DNA of 64,000 nt from an uncultured virus (IMG/VR IMGVR_UViG_3300035670_000151). Taxonomy: Duplodnaviria > Heunggongvirae > Uroviricota > Caudoviricetes. How positions within the stretch are numbered: the stretch's first letter is position 1; each line of letters starts with the position of its first letter. The notes below the pieces were generated by a model. The model saw only the letters and a list, made by a program, of their open reading frames with translations, was not told the DNA's origin and ran no database searches. The stretch spans positions 1-64,000 of IMG/VR virus record IMGVR_UViG_3300035670_000151; one strand, written 5' to 3'. Shown piece after piece: positions 42,368 through 53,000 of this stretch. The translations under genes were made by a program, and so were the position numbers.

Positions 42368-43942
42368 ATGGTAGATTTAACTAGTATCAACCCCTTTATT
42401 GAGAAGAAGCACCCAGATTACGATAAGTATGCCGCCGAATGGAAGTTCTTTAAGGACACCTATGAAGGCGGTAAACACTGGTTTGCTGACAACATCGATA
42501 AGTATTTTAAGGAAGGCCACGAAGAGTTCAACGAACGTCTAGACCGTGCCTACCGCTTCAATCATACCCGCGAAGTCGTGGACCTTGTTAATAAGTATAT
42601 TTTCAAGGCCGATGTCGCACGTAAGGAAGACGCCGAACAGTATGTGAGGGACTTTTGGAACGCTACCACGCTACAGAAGCGTGATATCGACCACTTCATG
42701 ACAATGGCGTCGGCCCAAGCTTCAATCTTTGGTCGCGTCTGGATTGTCGTAGACAGCAACGCAACCGACAACCTTTCTGTTGCGGAAGCTAAAAAGAACA
42801 AGAAGCGTGTCTACGCCTACACGGTAAGCCCGCTAGACGTTCTGGACTTATCTCTAAACGATGACGGCGAACTTAACTGGATTAAGATCAGGGAAATCGT
42901 TCGTGATGATAGCGATCCGTTCGAATATACCGGCAAGATCGTAGAGAAGATTCGTCTATGGACCCGCGACAAGTGGTATCTATTCACTTCTGAAAGCAAT
43001 GGCGATACTCCTAGCGAATACGCCCAAGCTAAATGGGGCCTAGAAGATGAAGGGACACACGGCTTAGGTATCGTTCCTGTAACCTATCTAGACCACAACG
43101 AAACCGAAAACCCATACACTTCAACGGCTCTAATCGCGGATATCGCTTACCTAGACCGTAAAGCGGCCAACTATCTATCGAACCTAGACGCGATTATCCA
43201 AGATCAGTCTTTCAGCCAGCTAGTTATCCCAGCGGAAGCCGTCGCCTTCGCAGATGATGACGGTAAAGGCATTGGCCAGAAGATGCTTGAATTCGGCACA
43301 AAGCGTATCTTCCTATATCATGGCGGTGAAGGTGGTAATAAGCCAGACTACATCAGCCCTGACCCAAGCCAGCCTGAAATGATCCTTAACGTCGTTAACA
43401 AGATCATCGGCGAAATCTACCACTCGGTTGGTATGGCTGGAGAACGCACCAAGCAAGATAACGCTGTAGGTATCGACAACTCATCAGGCGTAGCGAAAGC
43501 TTACGACTTTGAGCGTATGAACGCCATGCTAGCTAACAAGGCTAAAGCCCTACAGTATTGCGAAAATAGAATCGTAGCTATTGTTAAAGCATGGAATGGA
43601 GTAGCCATTTCATCAGACGAACTAGAAGCTTATGTTACTTACTCAAAAGACTTTGACGTAAGAAATCTAGGAAATGAATTTGACATTGCTACAGTTTTGA
43701 CTACAATAAAGGCTCCTAATACAGTCCGTCAAGAACAGATGAAAGGATTAGTGGACAAACTATGGCCACAAATCTCTAAGAAAGCTCGCGACGCTATGTA
43801 TAAGGACATCGAAAAGGAATGGCTACAAAAGCAGGAAGAGGAAGCTAAAGCGAAACTAGCTCCTAAGCCTACTGCTAGCGCAACCGGATCGAAAACTGGA
43901 TCGCAGGGCCAGAATAATAAACCCGCAGACAAGTCCAAGTGA
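42368..43942 (+). CDS. portal protein
   Basis: HP.Y…W…D.Y.GG, H.LG.VPV, SGVAK.YD; position. Confidence 0.92.
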   Translation: MVDLTSINPFIEKKHPDYDKYAAEWKFFKDTYEGGKHWFADNIDKYFKEGHEEFNERLDRAYRFNHTREVVDLVNKYIFKADVARKEDAEQYVRDFWNATTLQKRDIDHFMTMASAQASIFGRVWIVVDSNATDNLSVAEAKKNKKRVYAYTVSPLDVLDLSLNDDGELNWIKIREIVRDDSDPFEYTGKIVEKIRLWTRDKWYLFTSESNGDTPSEYAQAKWGLEDEGTHGLGIVPVTYLDHNETENPYTSTALIADIAYLDRKAANYLSNLDAIIQDQSFSQLVIPAEAVAFADDDGKGIGQKMLEFGTKRIFLYHGGEGGNKPDYISPDPSQPEMILNVVNKIIGEIYHSVGMAGERTKQDNAVGIDNSSGVAKAYDFERMNAMLANKAKALQYCENRIVAIVKAWNGVAISSDELEAYVTYSKDFDVRNLGNEFDIATVLTTIKAPNTVRQEQMKGLVDKLWPQISKKARDAMYKDIEKEWLQKQEEEAKAKLAPKPTASATGSKTGSQGQNNKPADKSK

Positions 43943-43976
43943 TAGGACCAAGTGATACCAAGAGAAAGGTAAATGA

Positions 43977-44810
43977 ATGACTACTGAAACTACAACCGAT
44001 ACAGTGGAAGATACCGCTGAGAAGATTCGTGAAGGCTTAAAAGGCAATGATACCACGGATACGACGACTGATACCGTTGATGACAATTCCGGTGCAGACG
44101 ACAAAGAAAAAGATTCCAAACCCAAAATTAGCGATAACGAAGCTAAGCTCCTAAAGGAAGTTATGAAGCATAAGGAAGCGGCTAAGAAAGCTGCTGCTGA
44201 CCTAGCTGCTCTAAAGACTACCGTAGATGGCCTAGATATCGAAGCTGTTCGCCAGATGCTTGCCGATAAGGAGACTGCTGAAAACGCGGCCCTTGAAAAG
44301 AAGGGCGAGTATGAGCGTCTTCTAACTAAGCAACGTGAAGCTGCCGACGCTAAGGTAAATGCCGAAAAGGAACGTGCGGACAACGCAGAAGCTGAAAAGG
44401 CTAAGCTCCTAAAGCAGATCGAAGATTTAACAGTAGGTAATTCATTTGCCAATTCGAAGTTCGTGACTGACAAGCTAACTTTAACTCCGAACAAGGCCAA
44501 GGCTCTATATCAGTCTCACTTCGAATTCGTAGATGGCAAGCAAGTAGCTTATGACAAGCCTAAGGGCGAAGCAGATAGAACCATGATTGTTGACGCTACA
44601 GGCGAAGCAGTTTCGTTCGAAGCCGCTATCGAAGCTATCATTAATGCTGACCCGGATAAAGATTATCTACTAAAAGCTCCAGCAAAGAGCGGTGCAGGTT
44701 CAAAGCCTAGCAGTGTAGAGAAGCCCGCAAAACAGCAGGATTACGTAGATACTACCGACAAGATCGCTGCTGGTCTTGATGCGCTGATTAAAGGCATCAA
44801 TAAAAAGTAA
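43977..44810 (+). CDS. capsid scaffolding protein
   Basis: Acidic N-terminus, coiled coil, SGAGS motif; position before the capsid gene. Confidence 0.85.
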   Translation: MTTETTTDTVEDTAEKIREGLKGNDTTDTTTDTVDDNSGADDKEKDSKPKISDNEAKLLKEVMKHKEAAKKAAADLAALKTTVDGLDIEAVRQMLADKETAENAALEKKGEYERLLTKQREAADAKVNAEKERADNAEAEKAKLLKQIEDLTVGNSFANSKFVTDKLTLTPNKAKALYQSHFEFVDGKQVAYDKPKGEADRTMIVDATGEAVSFEAAIEAIINADPDKDYLLKAPAKSGAGSKPSSVEKPAKQQDYVDTTDKIAAGLDALIKGINKK

Positions 44811-44833
44811 TTAACTCCGAAAGTGGCAAACTT

Positions 44834-44860
44834 AAAGGGCGCTTAAATTAAGCGCCCTTT
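44834..44860. terminator. bidirectional terminator
   Basis: AAAGGGCGCTTAA-A-TTAAGCGCCCTTT. Confidence 0.75.
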
Positions 44861-45244
44861 TATATATTCTGCTATTTTCACATGCTCTTCCGCCGTGCCA
44901 TCATTCTTAATTCTATTGGCTCGCCATGATATAATTTCAACATTCCCTTTCACATACCCTTTAGTATTATCAATGCGATCCATTGAAGGGCTGTTATCGG
45001 AACGACCGGGTTTAGAAAAGTCTATGGCTATTCCGAGGACGGGGCAATAATCTGGGAAAATTACGTCTTCATACGTTAAGTCAAAATCTAGCCCATTTCT
45101 AATAGCTCTTCCTTTGATCGCGGATAAGAAGCGAACTTCATATCTGCAATTGCTGGCTCTGCCAGTTAGTAATCTTTGCTTCTCTCTATATCTTTTAGAA
45201 GAATCTTTTCTGGCTTGTTTTCTTTCTTCGTCGGTTGAATACAT
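44843..45244 (-). CDS. HNH-type endonuclease, antisense within the head operon
   Basis: CPVLG…SPS.DRID..KGY..GNV.IIS.RAN.IK. Confidence 0.9.
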   Translation of the reverse strand: MYSTDEERKQARKDSSKRYREKQRLLTGRASNCRYEVRFLSAIKGRAIRNGLDFDLTYEDVIFPDYCPVLGIAIDFSKPGRSDNSPSMDRIDNTKGYVKGNVEIISWRANRIKNDGTAEEHVKIAEYIKGRLI

Positions 45245-45373
45245 TCTTGTGTCCTTTTCTGTGCCTATATTACTATTGATGCACAGAAATTACAAGTAGA
45301 ATTAAATAATGCTTTGTTAATACATATACTAGTGTTAATATTATCTCCGTAATTAAAGAAAACGGAGTTAAAC

Positions 45374-46279
45374 ATGCCACTTTTAAAAGTTGATGCCCAG
45401 AGACTATCGAATAACCTTCTAGTCCAAGGCGTTGTAGAAGAAATTATTAAGCGTGACGCCATTTATGCGCTTCTACCTTTCGTGCAGGTGAACCATAAGG
45501 CTTACGTATACAACCGTGAGAACACCATCCCAACTATCGATTTCATCGATGTTAACAGCGATATCTCAGAAGGTGGAAGCACTTTCACAGACGTAACCGT
45601 GACCCTAAAGATCATGGCTAAGAACGTCGATATCGACAAGTTCCTATCAGAAACGATGGGTGACACTAACAGCCAGATCGCTCTACAGCTTCAAGGTGCT
45701 GCTAAGGCAGTTGACCAGAAGTTCCGTCAGACAATGGTTACAGGTGATAGCGCAACAAACGCACTAGAATTCGATGGCTTCCGTAAGCTAGTAACTGCCG
45801 GTCAGACGATCACAGCAGGCGCTAACGGTGCGGCTCTAACCTTCGAAATGCTAGACCAGCTAATCGACCAAGTTCCTAACCGTCCAGATGCTATCTTTAT
45901 GCGCCACGGCACATATCGCGCTCTTAAGACGCTAATGAGAACATCAGGTGGTATGGTTCCTGAACAGCTAAAGCTACGTGACTTCGATGGCACAGTTCCA
46001 GCTTATGACGGTCTACCAATCATCCTATCAGAATACCTACCGGGTAACGAAGATCAGGGAACAAGCACAGGTAACACTTGCTCAATCTATGCGGCTCGTA
46101 TGAACACGGTTGACGGTCTACACGGCCTATACGGTGGTGATGCAGCGGGTATTCGCGTTGAAAGCCTAGGAACCCTAGAGCTACGCGACAGCGTTCGTTA
46201 CAGACTAAAGTGGTATACCGCTATGGCTCTAAAGTCAACGAAGAGCATCGCTCGTCTAAAGGGTATCACAAATATCTAA
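45374..46279 (+). CDS. major capsid protein
   Basis: LPF..V…Y.YNRE, GD…..FDG..K; position; strong RBS. Confidence 0.92.
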   Translation: MPLLKVDAQRLSNNLLVQGVVEEIIKRDAIYALLPFVQVNHKAYVYNRENTIPTIDFIDVNSDISEGGSTFTDVTVTLKIMAKNVDIDKFLSETMGDTNSQIALQLQGAAKAVDQKFRQTMVTGDSATNALEFDGFRKLVTAGQTITAGANGAALTFEMLDQLIDQVPNRPDAIFMRHGTYRALKTLMRTSGGMVPEQLKLRDFDGTVPAYDGLPIILSEYLPGNEDQGTSTGNTCSIYAARMNTVDGLHGLYGGDAAGIRVESLGTLELRDSVRYRLKWYTAMALKSTKSIARLKGITNI

Positions 46280-46299
46280 TAGATAGTTCGAAACTGAAT

Positions 46300-46336
46300 A
46301 AAACGAAACAGGCCGCTTTATGCGGCCTTTCGTTTG
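46300..46336 (+). terminator. terminator after the capsid gene
   Basis: AAACGAAA-C-AGGCCGC-TTTAT-GCGGCCT-TTCGTTT. Confidence 0.75.
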
Positions 46337-46383
46337 TCTGTAATATACGCTATAATGGCTTATTAAATTTTAAGAGGTTACTA

Positions 46384-46797
46384 ATGAGCAAGATTAAAAT
46401 CGACGTTGCTGGGTATGAAGCATTTGATGGCTTCCTAGGCACACTACAGTTTGAGGGCGGTGTCTCTGTAAGAGAGGCGACCGACATGGAAATTAGACGT
46501 ATCGGGGCTAATATCAAGATCGTTAAGGTGGGCAATGATGAACAAGTTGGACCTGCGACTGTTATGGTTGACGCTCGTAATGTATCAGCAGTCGTTGAAA
46601 CTGCTCTACAAAAAGAGTCAGACGAACCAGCGACAGACGCTACTGAACTAAAGTATACAGAAGAACAACTGATCGAAATTGGATCAGAAAAGGGAATTAA
46701 AGGCATTCGTGAAATCGCAGCGGAATTTGGCGTTAAAGGCGTAAGCATTGATGCAATGATCGCGGATATCATGGAAGCCCAAAAGAAGGCGGCATAA
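46384..46797 (+). CDS. head-associated protein
   Basis: GAGG RBS before 46384; F.G.LG…F..GVS; GI.GIREIA..FGVK. Confidence 0.75.
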   Translation: MSKIKIDVAGYEAFDGFLGTLQFEGGVSVREATDMEIRRIGANIKIVKVGNDEQVGPATVMVDARNVSAVVETALQKESDEPATDATELKYTEEQLIEIGSEKGIKGIREIAAEFGVKGVSIDAMIADIMEAQKKAA

Positions 46798-46798
46798 T

Positions 46799-47593
46799 AT
46801 GGAAGAGTTCGCAGCAGGAACGGACGTATTTATTACGATCCCACATGTCAGCAATGGCAACAATCTAGACGTTACTGATCTACAGTATCAGGTGTTAGAC
46901 GCATACGGGGAAGAGCTAATTGCTTTTACCACGGCTCCTAGCTTTGACCCTGCTGCAAGCTCTACCATGATTACTGTATTAGCTACGTATAACAGCAGCG
47001 CACAGAAGATCGACGTAAGGCAGCTAAACGTAAAGCTAGTAACCGCCCAAGGAACATACAAGCAAACCATTCTGTATAAGCTTGTCGGAGACGTTACTAA
47101 GCTAACCCCGATGGTAGATAGCTTTATGACCTACCCGGAAAGCGTAATCATCAGAGCCAAGCTAAGTGAAGACCTTAAATTCTTCGATATGCTTACGGAC
47201 GAAATCAAAGCCGTCGCTTTAGAGAATGCTTATGAACGCATCATCAAAAGCAAGTTCGATTTCGCCCCTGTAGGCCGCTGTCAGGAGCGAGGGACGGATA
47301 TTAGCACTTACACCCTAGACCAGTTCAAAACGCTCCCTGTAGCCTTTCAAGAGGCTGTAAAGAAGGCACAGCTTGTAGAAGCTAATATGCTTGTTGAAAA
47401 CAGCCCGATTAGAGAGAAAATTAGAACAGGTATCGTGTCGGAAACCATTGGCGAAAGCTCAATGTTCTTCCGTCAATCTGCCGTTGGAGGCTCTAAGCTA
47501 ACTAACATGTCCGATGAGGCTTATTCCCACATTAAGGATTGGATTTGGTGGAGCGCTACCAACGCACAGATTTGGAGACTAGCGAGGGCATAA
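46799..47593 (+). CDS. head-tail adaptor (putative)
   Basis: GI.SETIGESS..F; position. Confidence 0.7.
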   Translation: MEEFAAGTDVFITIPHVSNGNNLDVTDLQYQVLDAYGEELIAFTTAPSFDPAASSTMITVLATYNSSAQKIDVRQLNVKLVTAQGTYKQTILYKLVGDVTKLTPMVDSFMTYPESVIIRAKLSEDLKFFDMLTDEIKAVALENAYERIIKSKFDFAPVGRCQERGTDISTYTLDQFKTLPVAFQEAVKKAQLVEANMLVENSPIREKIRTGIVSETIGESSMFFRQSAVGGSKLTNMSDEAYSHIKDWIWWSATNAQIWRLARA

Positions 47594-47958
47594 TGTTTAG
47601 ACCTAACAACTTCTGCTACGTCCGTAGAAAGCTTCCCGGCTATAACAAATACGGTGAAGAGAACTACGGCGATAAAGAGAAAATTCCTTTCGCGCAAGTC
47701 CGCTACGATACTAAAAAAGAAGATAGCACTGTAAGAGCGGACTCAAGCGCTACAAGAGGAAACATTAAAGAATACCATGCTAGCGGAAGACTCCTAGTCC
47801 CCGTTAGCGTTAAACCCGATTGGGGCGATTTGTTTATCGTTCATGGTAAGGTTTTCAGAGTTAAGCAGCTAGAACCACGTTACAACGTGCTAGGGCAGCT
47901 AGACCATTACCAGATCGACTACGAAAAAGCCGCAGACTTATTTGGAGACGAAACCTAA
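47593..47958 (+). CDS. head closure protein (putative)
   Basis: S.VRADSSATRG…; TAATG overlap. Confidence 0.7.
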   Translation: MFRPNNFCYVRRKLPGYNKYGEENYGDKEKIPFAQVRYDTKKEDSTVRADSSATRGNIKEYHASGRLLVPVSVKPDWGDLFIVHGKVFRVKQLEPRYNVLGQLDHYQIDYEKAADLFGDET

Positions 47959-48404
47959 TGGCAATGGCATACTCAGGCGGCTTCAATCCCGAAAAGCTAA
48001 AACAATCTCTTTTCAGGAAAGCCGACAGAACAGAAAAAGCAGTGGTAGAAGCGGTAGAACAAGCCGCCGAACTAATCAGGGATGAAGCGAGAGCTAACGT
48101 CCCCGTAGACACGGGTAACCTTGAGTCTGCCATCCATATCAGCAATCGCAAGACACGCAGAGGGAACCACGCTGTAGATATCGAGGTTAGCGGAACTGGC
48201 GAAGACGGCAGAGACGTAGCTTCATATGCCATGGAAATCCATGAGAACTACCAGAGCTACAATCCCGGTGAGAAGACCCAAGCTAAAAGAGCAGCGGACC
48301 CAACGCACTACGTGGGCGAAAAATATATGGAACGTGCGGTAGACGAGAAGAAAGAGGAAGCCGTAGACCTCGTTCGTAAAGCAGTAAGACAGGCAATGAG
48401 ATAA
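47958..48404 (+). CDS. HK97-gp10-like tail completion protein
   Basis: A…VPVDTGNLE.AI, YA..IHE, KYMERA. Confidence 0.88.
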   Translation: MAMAYSGGFNPEKLKQSLFRKADRTEKAVVEAVEQAAELIRDEARANVPVDTGNLESAIHISNRKTRRGNHAVDIEVSGTGEDGRDVASYAMEIHENYQSYNPGEKTQAKRAADPTHYVGEKYMERAVDEKKEEAVDLVRKAVRQAMR

Positions 48405-48787
48405 TGTATCAGATTGAAACCATCGCAAACCTAATCGAAGAAGCTAATCTAGCTACTCTTAATAAAGACATGTTCTTATATTCTGCTAATGCGGAAATGA
48501 ACAATGGTATCATCCTGTATCCCTCAAACGATCCGCCGATTATCGATCCTGATACGCCCCGCTACTTTAAAGGGAAGTTTCAGATCATTGTCCGTAACAT
48601 GAGATACGAACAAGGGATCGCTTTATGCGAAAATCTATCTAACGCCCTTACCTTGTTTAATAAAGATACGCCTGCCATGTTTATTAAATATGTAAGGCCC
48701 CTATATCAAGCTAGGGTTTATCGCAGAAGTGATAGCGGGATTATTGAGTTTAGTGTTACCTATGAAATTAGGTTTGTTGCTAAATAA
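48404..48787 (+). CDS. tail terminator (putative)
   Basis: FQIIVR motif; position. Confidence 0.75.
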   Translation: MYQIETIANLIEEANLATLNKDMFLYSANAEMNNGIILYPSNDPPIIDPDTPRYFKGKFQIIVRNMRYEQGIALCENLSNALTLFNKDTPAMFIKYVRPLYQARVYRRSDSGIIEFSVTYEIRFVAK

Positions 48788-48850
48788 CTAATTTGATTTC
48801 TAATATCCTTGTGTTATAATCTATTCCGATTTAAATATTGGAGTTAATAA

Positions 48851-49387
48851 ATGGTTATGACCTCGGACGTAAACAACATTCAACTAGGTGCCTGCATCGT
48901 TACTTTCGACGGTGATGACCTAGGTTTAACAAAGGGTGGTGTAGAAGTTACGCTATCTACTACTACTTATAAGATCACTGTTGACCAGTTTGGTGGAACG
49001 GAAGTCAATGAGTATATCACTGGACGCACAGCGACCGTAAAGACGCCTCTAGCTGAAACATCGCTTGATCGTCTACAGGTAGCTTTCCCCGGTTCAACTC
49101 TTGTTACCGACGCTACGGTTCAAACAAAGAAGAAGCTAAACGGCGCTACTGGCGTTGGTATTTCGCTACGTTCTCTAGCTGGCGAACTAAACCTACACCC
49201 TAAGCCTCTAGCTACAAGCGACAAGTCACAGGACTTCACTCTACCTATCGCTTCACCTAAGGGCGATCTAACCTTCTCATACAAGCATGACGAAGAAAGA
49301 GTGTATTCTATCGAGTTCACTGGCTACCCAGACTTGACAACTGGACTACTATTCATTATTGGTGATAAGAGCGCAGCCGCGACCTAA
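48851..49387 (+). CDS. major tail tube protein
   Basis: I.LG…V…G.DLG.TKGGVEV, DQFG, ER…IEF..YPD. Confidence 0.9.
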   Translation: MVMTSDVNNIQLGACIVTFDGDDLGLTKGGVEVTLSTTTYKITVDQFGGTEVNEYITGRTATVKTPLAETSLDRLQVAFPGSTLVTDATVQTKKKLNGATGVGISLRSLAGELNLHPKPLATSDKSQDFTLPIASPKGDLTFSYKHDEERVYSIEFTGYPDLTTGLLFIIGDKSAAAT

Positions 49388-49406
49388 TCATTAATAAGGA
49401 TTTTAA

Positions 49407-49745
49407 ATGAAAGTTGTAAACTTAGATCAGATTGTCACTAATAAAGAAAGAGCAATCATCCTTGGCGGTGTGGAGCATGTCATGCACACTCCCACCGTCG
49501 AAGACTATATCGAACAGATGAAGCGAGCCGAGAAGATCGAAAAGCTCGGTGGCGAAAGCGAATTAGATACCGCATCAAAGATGCTGGAACTAACGATTGA
49601 AACGCTTTTAAAGAGTTTCCCTACAGTAACAGAAGAACAATTCCGCAAGCTGACAATGGCGCAGCTATCAGCTATCCGTATGCTAGCAGAAGACGCTAGT
49701 TCGGAGGACGCAGGCGAGGGGGAAGCACAGGGGGAGACAGGGTAA
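49407..49745 (+). CDS. tail assembly chaperone (gpG-like)
   Basis: Lies between tail tube and tape measure genes. Confidence 0.85.
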   Translation: MKVVNLDQIVTNKERAIILGGVEHVMHTPTVEDYIEQMKRAEKIEKLGGESELDTASKMLELTIETLLKSFPTVTEEQFRKLTMAQLSAIRMLAEDASSEDAGEGEAQGETG

Positions 49746-50050
49746 CACGCCTTGATCTTCCCTTTTATATTACCCGCGTAAGCCATTTCTATGGCTTCAA
49801 ATACCAAGACGTATTATCACTTCCCCTTAAAGTATTTACGCTATATAATAGCAACATAAGTCGATTAAGAGCCGAACAAGATATTCGGCTACTTACCGTC
49901 ATGGCTAGCTCACAATCCGGTGAAGCAGCTAATAGCCTCATCAAGAAGCTAGAAGAAGAGACGGGCAATCCCATCGTAATTGAACGCGGCATGGACCCGG
50001 ATGCGATGGAAAGACTACAAGCATTAAGTGGGAAGATGAATGGCAGATAG
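49718..50050 (+). CDS. -1 frameshift extension of the tail chaperone (gpGT-like)
   Basis: Open -1 frame (…RVTRLDLPFYITRVSHFYG…) without its own start; slippery G GGG GAA and G GGG GAG. Confidence 0.75.
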   Translation, partial: GGSTGGDRVTRLDLPFYITRVSHFYGFKYQDVLSLPLKVFTLYNSNISRLRAEQDIRLLTVMASSQSGEAANSLIKKLEEETGNPIVIERGMDPDAMERLQALSGKMNGR

Positions 50051-53000
50051 ATTAGTAATTACGATTGACGGTGATGCTTCGGGTCTTATTAAGACGCTAG
50101 AGTCAACAGAACGTCGTCTTAACTCCTTTAACACACGCATTAGTAATTCTAGTCGTGCCCTAACAAACATGATGAAGACTCTTAACGGAATGAACAGTTC
50201 CGTTAGGGGTGTTACTACTGGTCTTAACCAGATTACGCAGGCTCTAGGCAACGCCACTAGCCGTATTAACTCTTTCACCCAATCAATGAACAACATGTCA
50301 AGAAGTTCGACTTCTGCCCGTCATAGTGTGGGTGGATTGAACACTGGCATTCGTGATCTAATCCTAGCCGTTTACTCGGTTAGAGCGATCCTATTTACGG
50401 GTCAATCCCTATTCGGCGGCGTTCTAGGTGACGTTATCGAGACTAACTCTCAGTTTGAGAAGATGCAAGTTCTTCTAAAGAACGTAGCTGGCGGCGCTAG
50501 CGAAATGGAGAACGCAGTAATTGGTAAGTCGGACAGCAGATACATTTGGAATCTAGCTGACAACGCTCCATTCAAGATCGAAGCCCTAACAAAATCATTC
50601 GTAAAACTAAAAGCTTCCGGTATCGATCCTACCCAAGGGACGATGCAAGCTCTAGTAGACACAGTTGCGTTCTTCGGTGGTTCTACCGACGAAATGAACC
50701 GCGCTGGCATTGCTCTATCGCAGATGCTTTCAAAGGGTAAGGTTACAGCCGAAGAACTAAGACAGCAGTTGGGTGACGCTATCCCTAACGCCATGAAGGA
50801 CATGGCGGAAGCTTTAGATATGACTATCCCAGAGCTAGACGCTAAAATGAGAAAAGGTCTAGTCCTTTCTGCCGATGCTGTTCCCAAGCTAATGGAGCTA
50901 TGGTCCATCAAGTATAAGGGCGGGGCAGAGAACATGATGGCTACGTGGGACGGTCTAATGGTTCGTATGCAGAACGCATGGCAAAAGATGATCCTTCGCG
51001 TCACAAGTGACGGCGGCTCAAACAGCTTCTTCAATGTGATTAAGAAAGAGGTTTCGGAGCTAACTGAATTCCTAAACAGCGCTTCGGGCGATCAGTTTAT
51101 GAGAGAAGTAACCGAAGGTCTAGGAACCGTCGCTATTGCTTTCTCTAACGCCATTAAGTTCGTATACGAATACAGAGAAGAGATTGCGCTTCTTCTAAAG
51201 GTAGCTGCTGGCTTCTTCGCCTTCAACGCAGCGACTAGCATTATCAGAAACTTAGGAAGCGTGTTCCTAGGTGGCGCAGGAACTATTATCAAGTTCCTAA
51301 CCCCACTAACTCAAGTCAAAATGATTATTGCGACTCTATCCGCACCCGCTACAGTAGCCGCTAGAGCAACTATAATCCTTGGCGAAGCTTTCACTGCCGC
51401 CGCTACAGCGATGGGCATCTTTAACCGTGCTGGAGCTATAAGCCTTGCGGCTCTAGCTGCCGTAGCTGCGGAAGTTGTTCTAGTCGGTGCGGCAATCGGT
51501 GGTCTAATTTATTTCCTAACCAGAAAGAAAGAAGCTACTCAGCGTGACATTGACGCCAGCATCCAGCATGAAATGGCTAGCAAGAACCTAAAGAACGCTC
51601 AGAACGCTCTAGAGGACGCATTTGATAAGGTTAGAACCGCAACCGCCGAAAACCGTGCGGAGCGTGTTCGCGATCTTAACACAATTAAAAACCATACCGT
51701 AGAGCTAATGAAGAACGCCAAGGCTGCTCTAGCTAACGCTAGAGCCAGAATGGTTGGCGCTCAAATGGACCTAAACGACGCTAAAAAGAAAGAAGATGCC
51801 GAAAGAAAAGAAAATGGCGGGATGCTTGATCCGGGTTGGGGAGGTATCAATCTATTTAAGCGCTACGTCCTAGGCCAAAAGACAGAGTATGAGAAAGCTA
51901 CAGATAATCTAAACTTTTATTCTGGCGAAACCCAAAAGTATGCGAAGGAGCTACAGGATAGTGCTAACCTAGTAGAGCAAGCTACCATCATGGTTAATTC
52001 GGTAGACTTAACCAAGGGAGTAGAAAAGCAAGTTGCTGCGGTTAATACAAATACCAAGGACAAGCTAGGCAGCTTAGACTCTTCTAGAAACCAGCTAGTA
52101 AACTTCATGATGAAGGTCAAGGAGCTTAACGCAGAGTTAGCGACTACGCCTGAAAACGACGCCATCGGCAACTTCAACGATAACCGCGAGGAAATCGAAG
52201 CGGAAGTTCGTGCCTATGTCGCGGCTATCAAGGTTCAATCGACTCTAAACGCCGAAACCCTAAAATATAAGAACATGATTCCTTCGCTAAAGGAAGACGT
52301 TAAGAAGCATAAGGACGAAATCACTGCTCTAGCTAAGGCACAGCAGAATCTAGAGCGTCTACAAACTGCGGTTAACGATCAGAATCTACAGGCACAAGAT
52401 GCTCTAGGTTCCCTAGAGGTTGGCTATTCTAACGTATCTAATCAGGTTGATAGATACATTGCTAAGTTGCGCCAGCAATATAGCGAAAACCTAAAGTCTA
52501 CCAACCAAGGCATCGTCACCAAGACACAGGAAGAAATCAATAAAGCTGCCCATGATCGCCGACTAGAACTAATGGCTCTAGAGGCTAAGAAGGCGCAAGA
52601 AAGCACTATTGAAATCAATGATGCTCTTCTAACGGAAGACCAGCAAAGAGAAGCTAACTACCAACGTGAAGTGGCCCGTATACAGGGTCTAATTGACGAA
52701 ACGCAGAACCTTTATGGTCCGGAGGGTAGGAAGATTGCCGACCAGTATTACAACTACCTAAAAGCTCTAGCGAAAAAGAATAACATCGCTCAAAGCATGT
52801 TCGGAAGCTGGGCACAATCCGCCGCTGATCTAAAGGGGCAGTTAGGAAGCACTCTAACTAGCTCAATGGATAGCTTCATTGACGGTTTAGCTCGCGGTAA
52901 GTTAGCGTTCGGTGATTTCGTAAAGTCGCTTCTAATCGATATCACAAAGATCATTATCCGCGCATTGATCGCGAAAGCAATTTTGAGCGCAATTGGCCTA

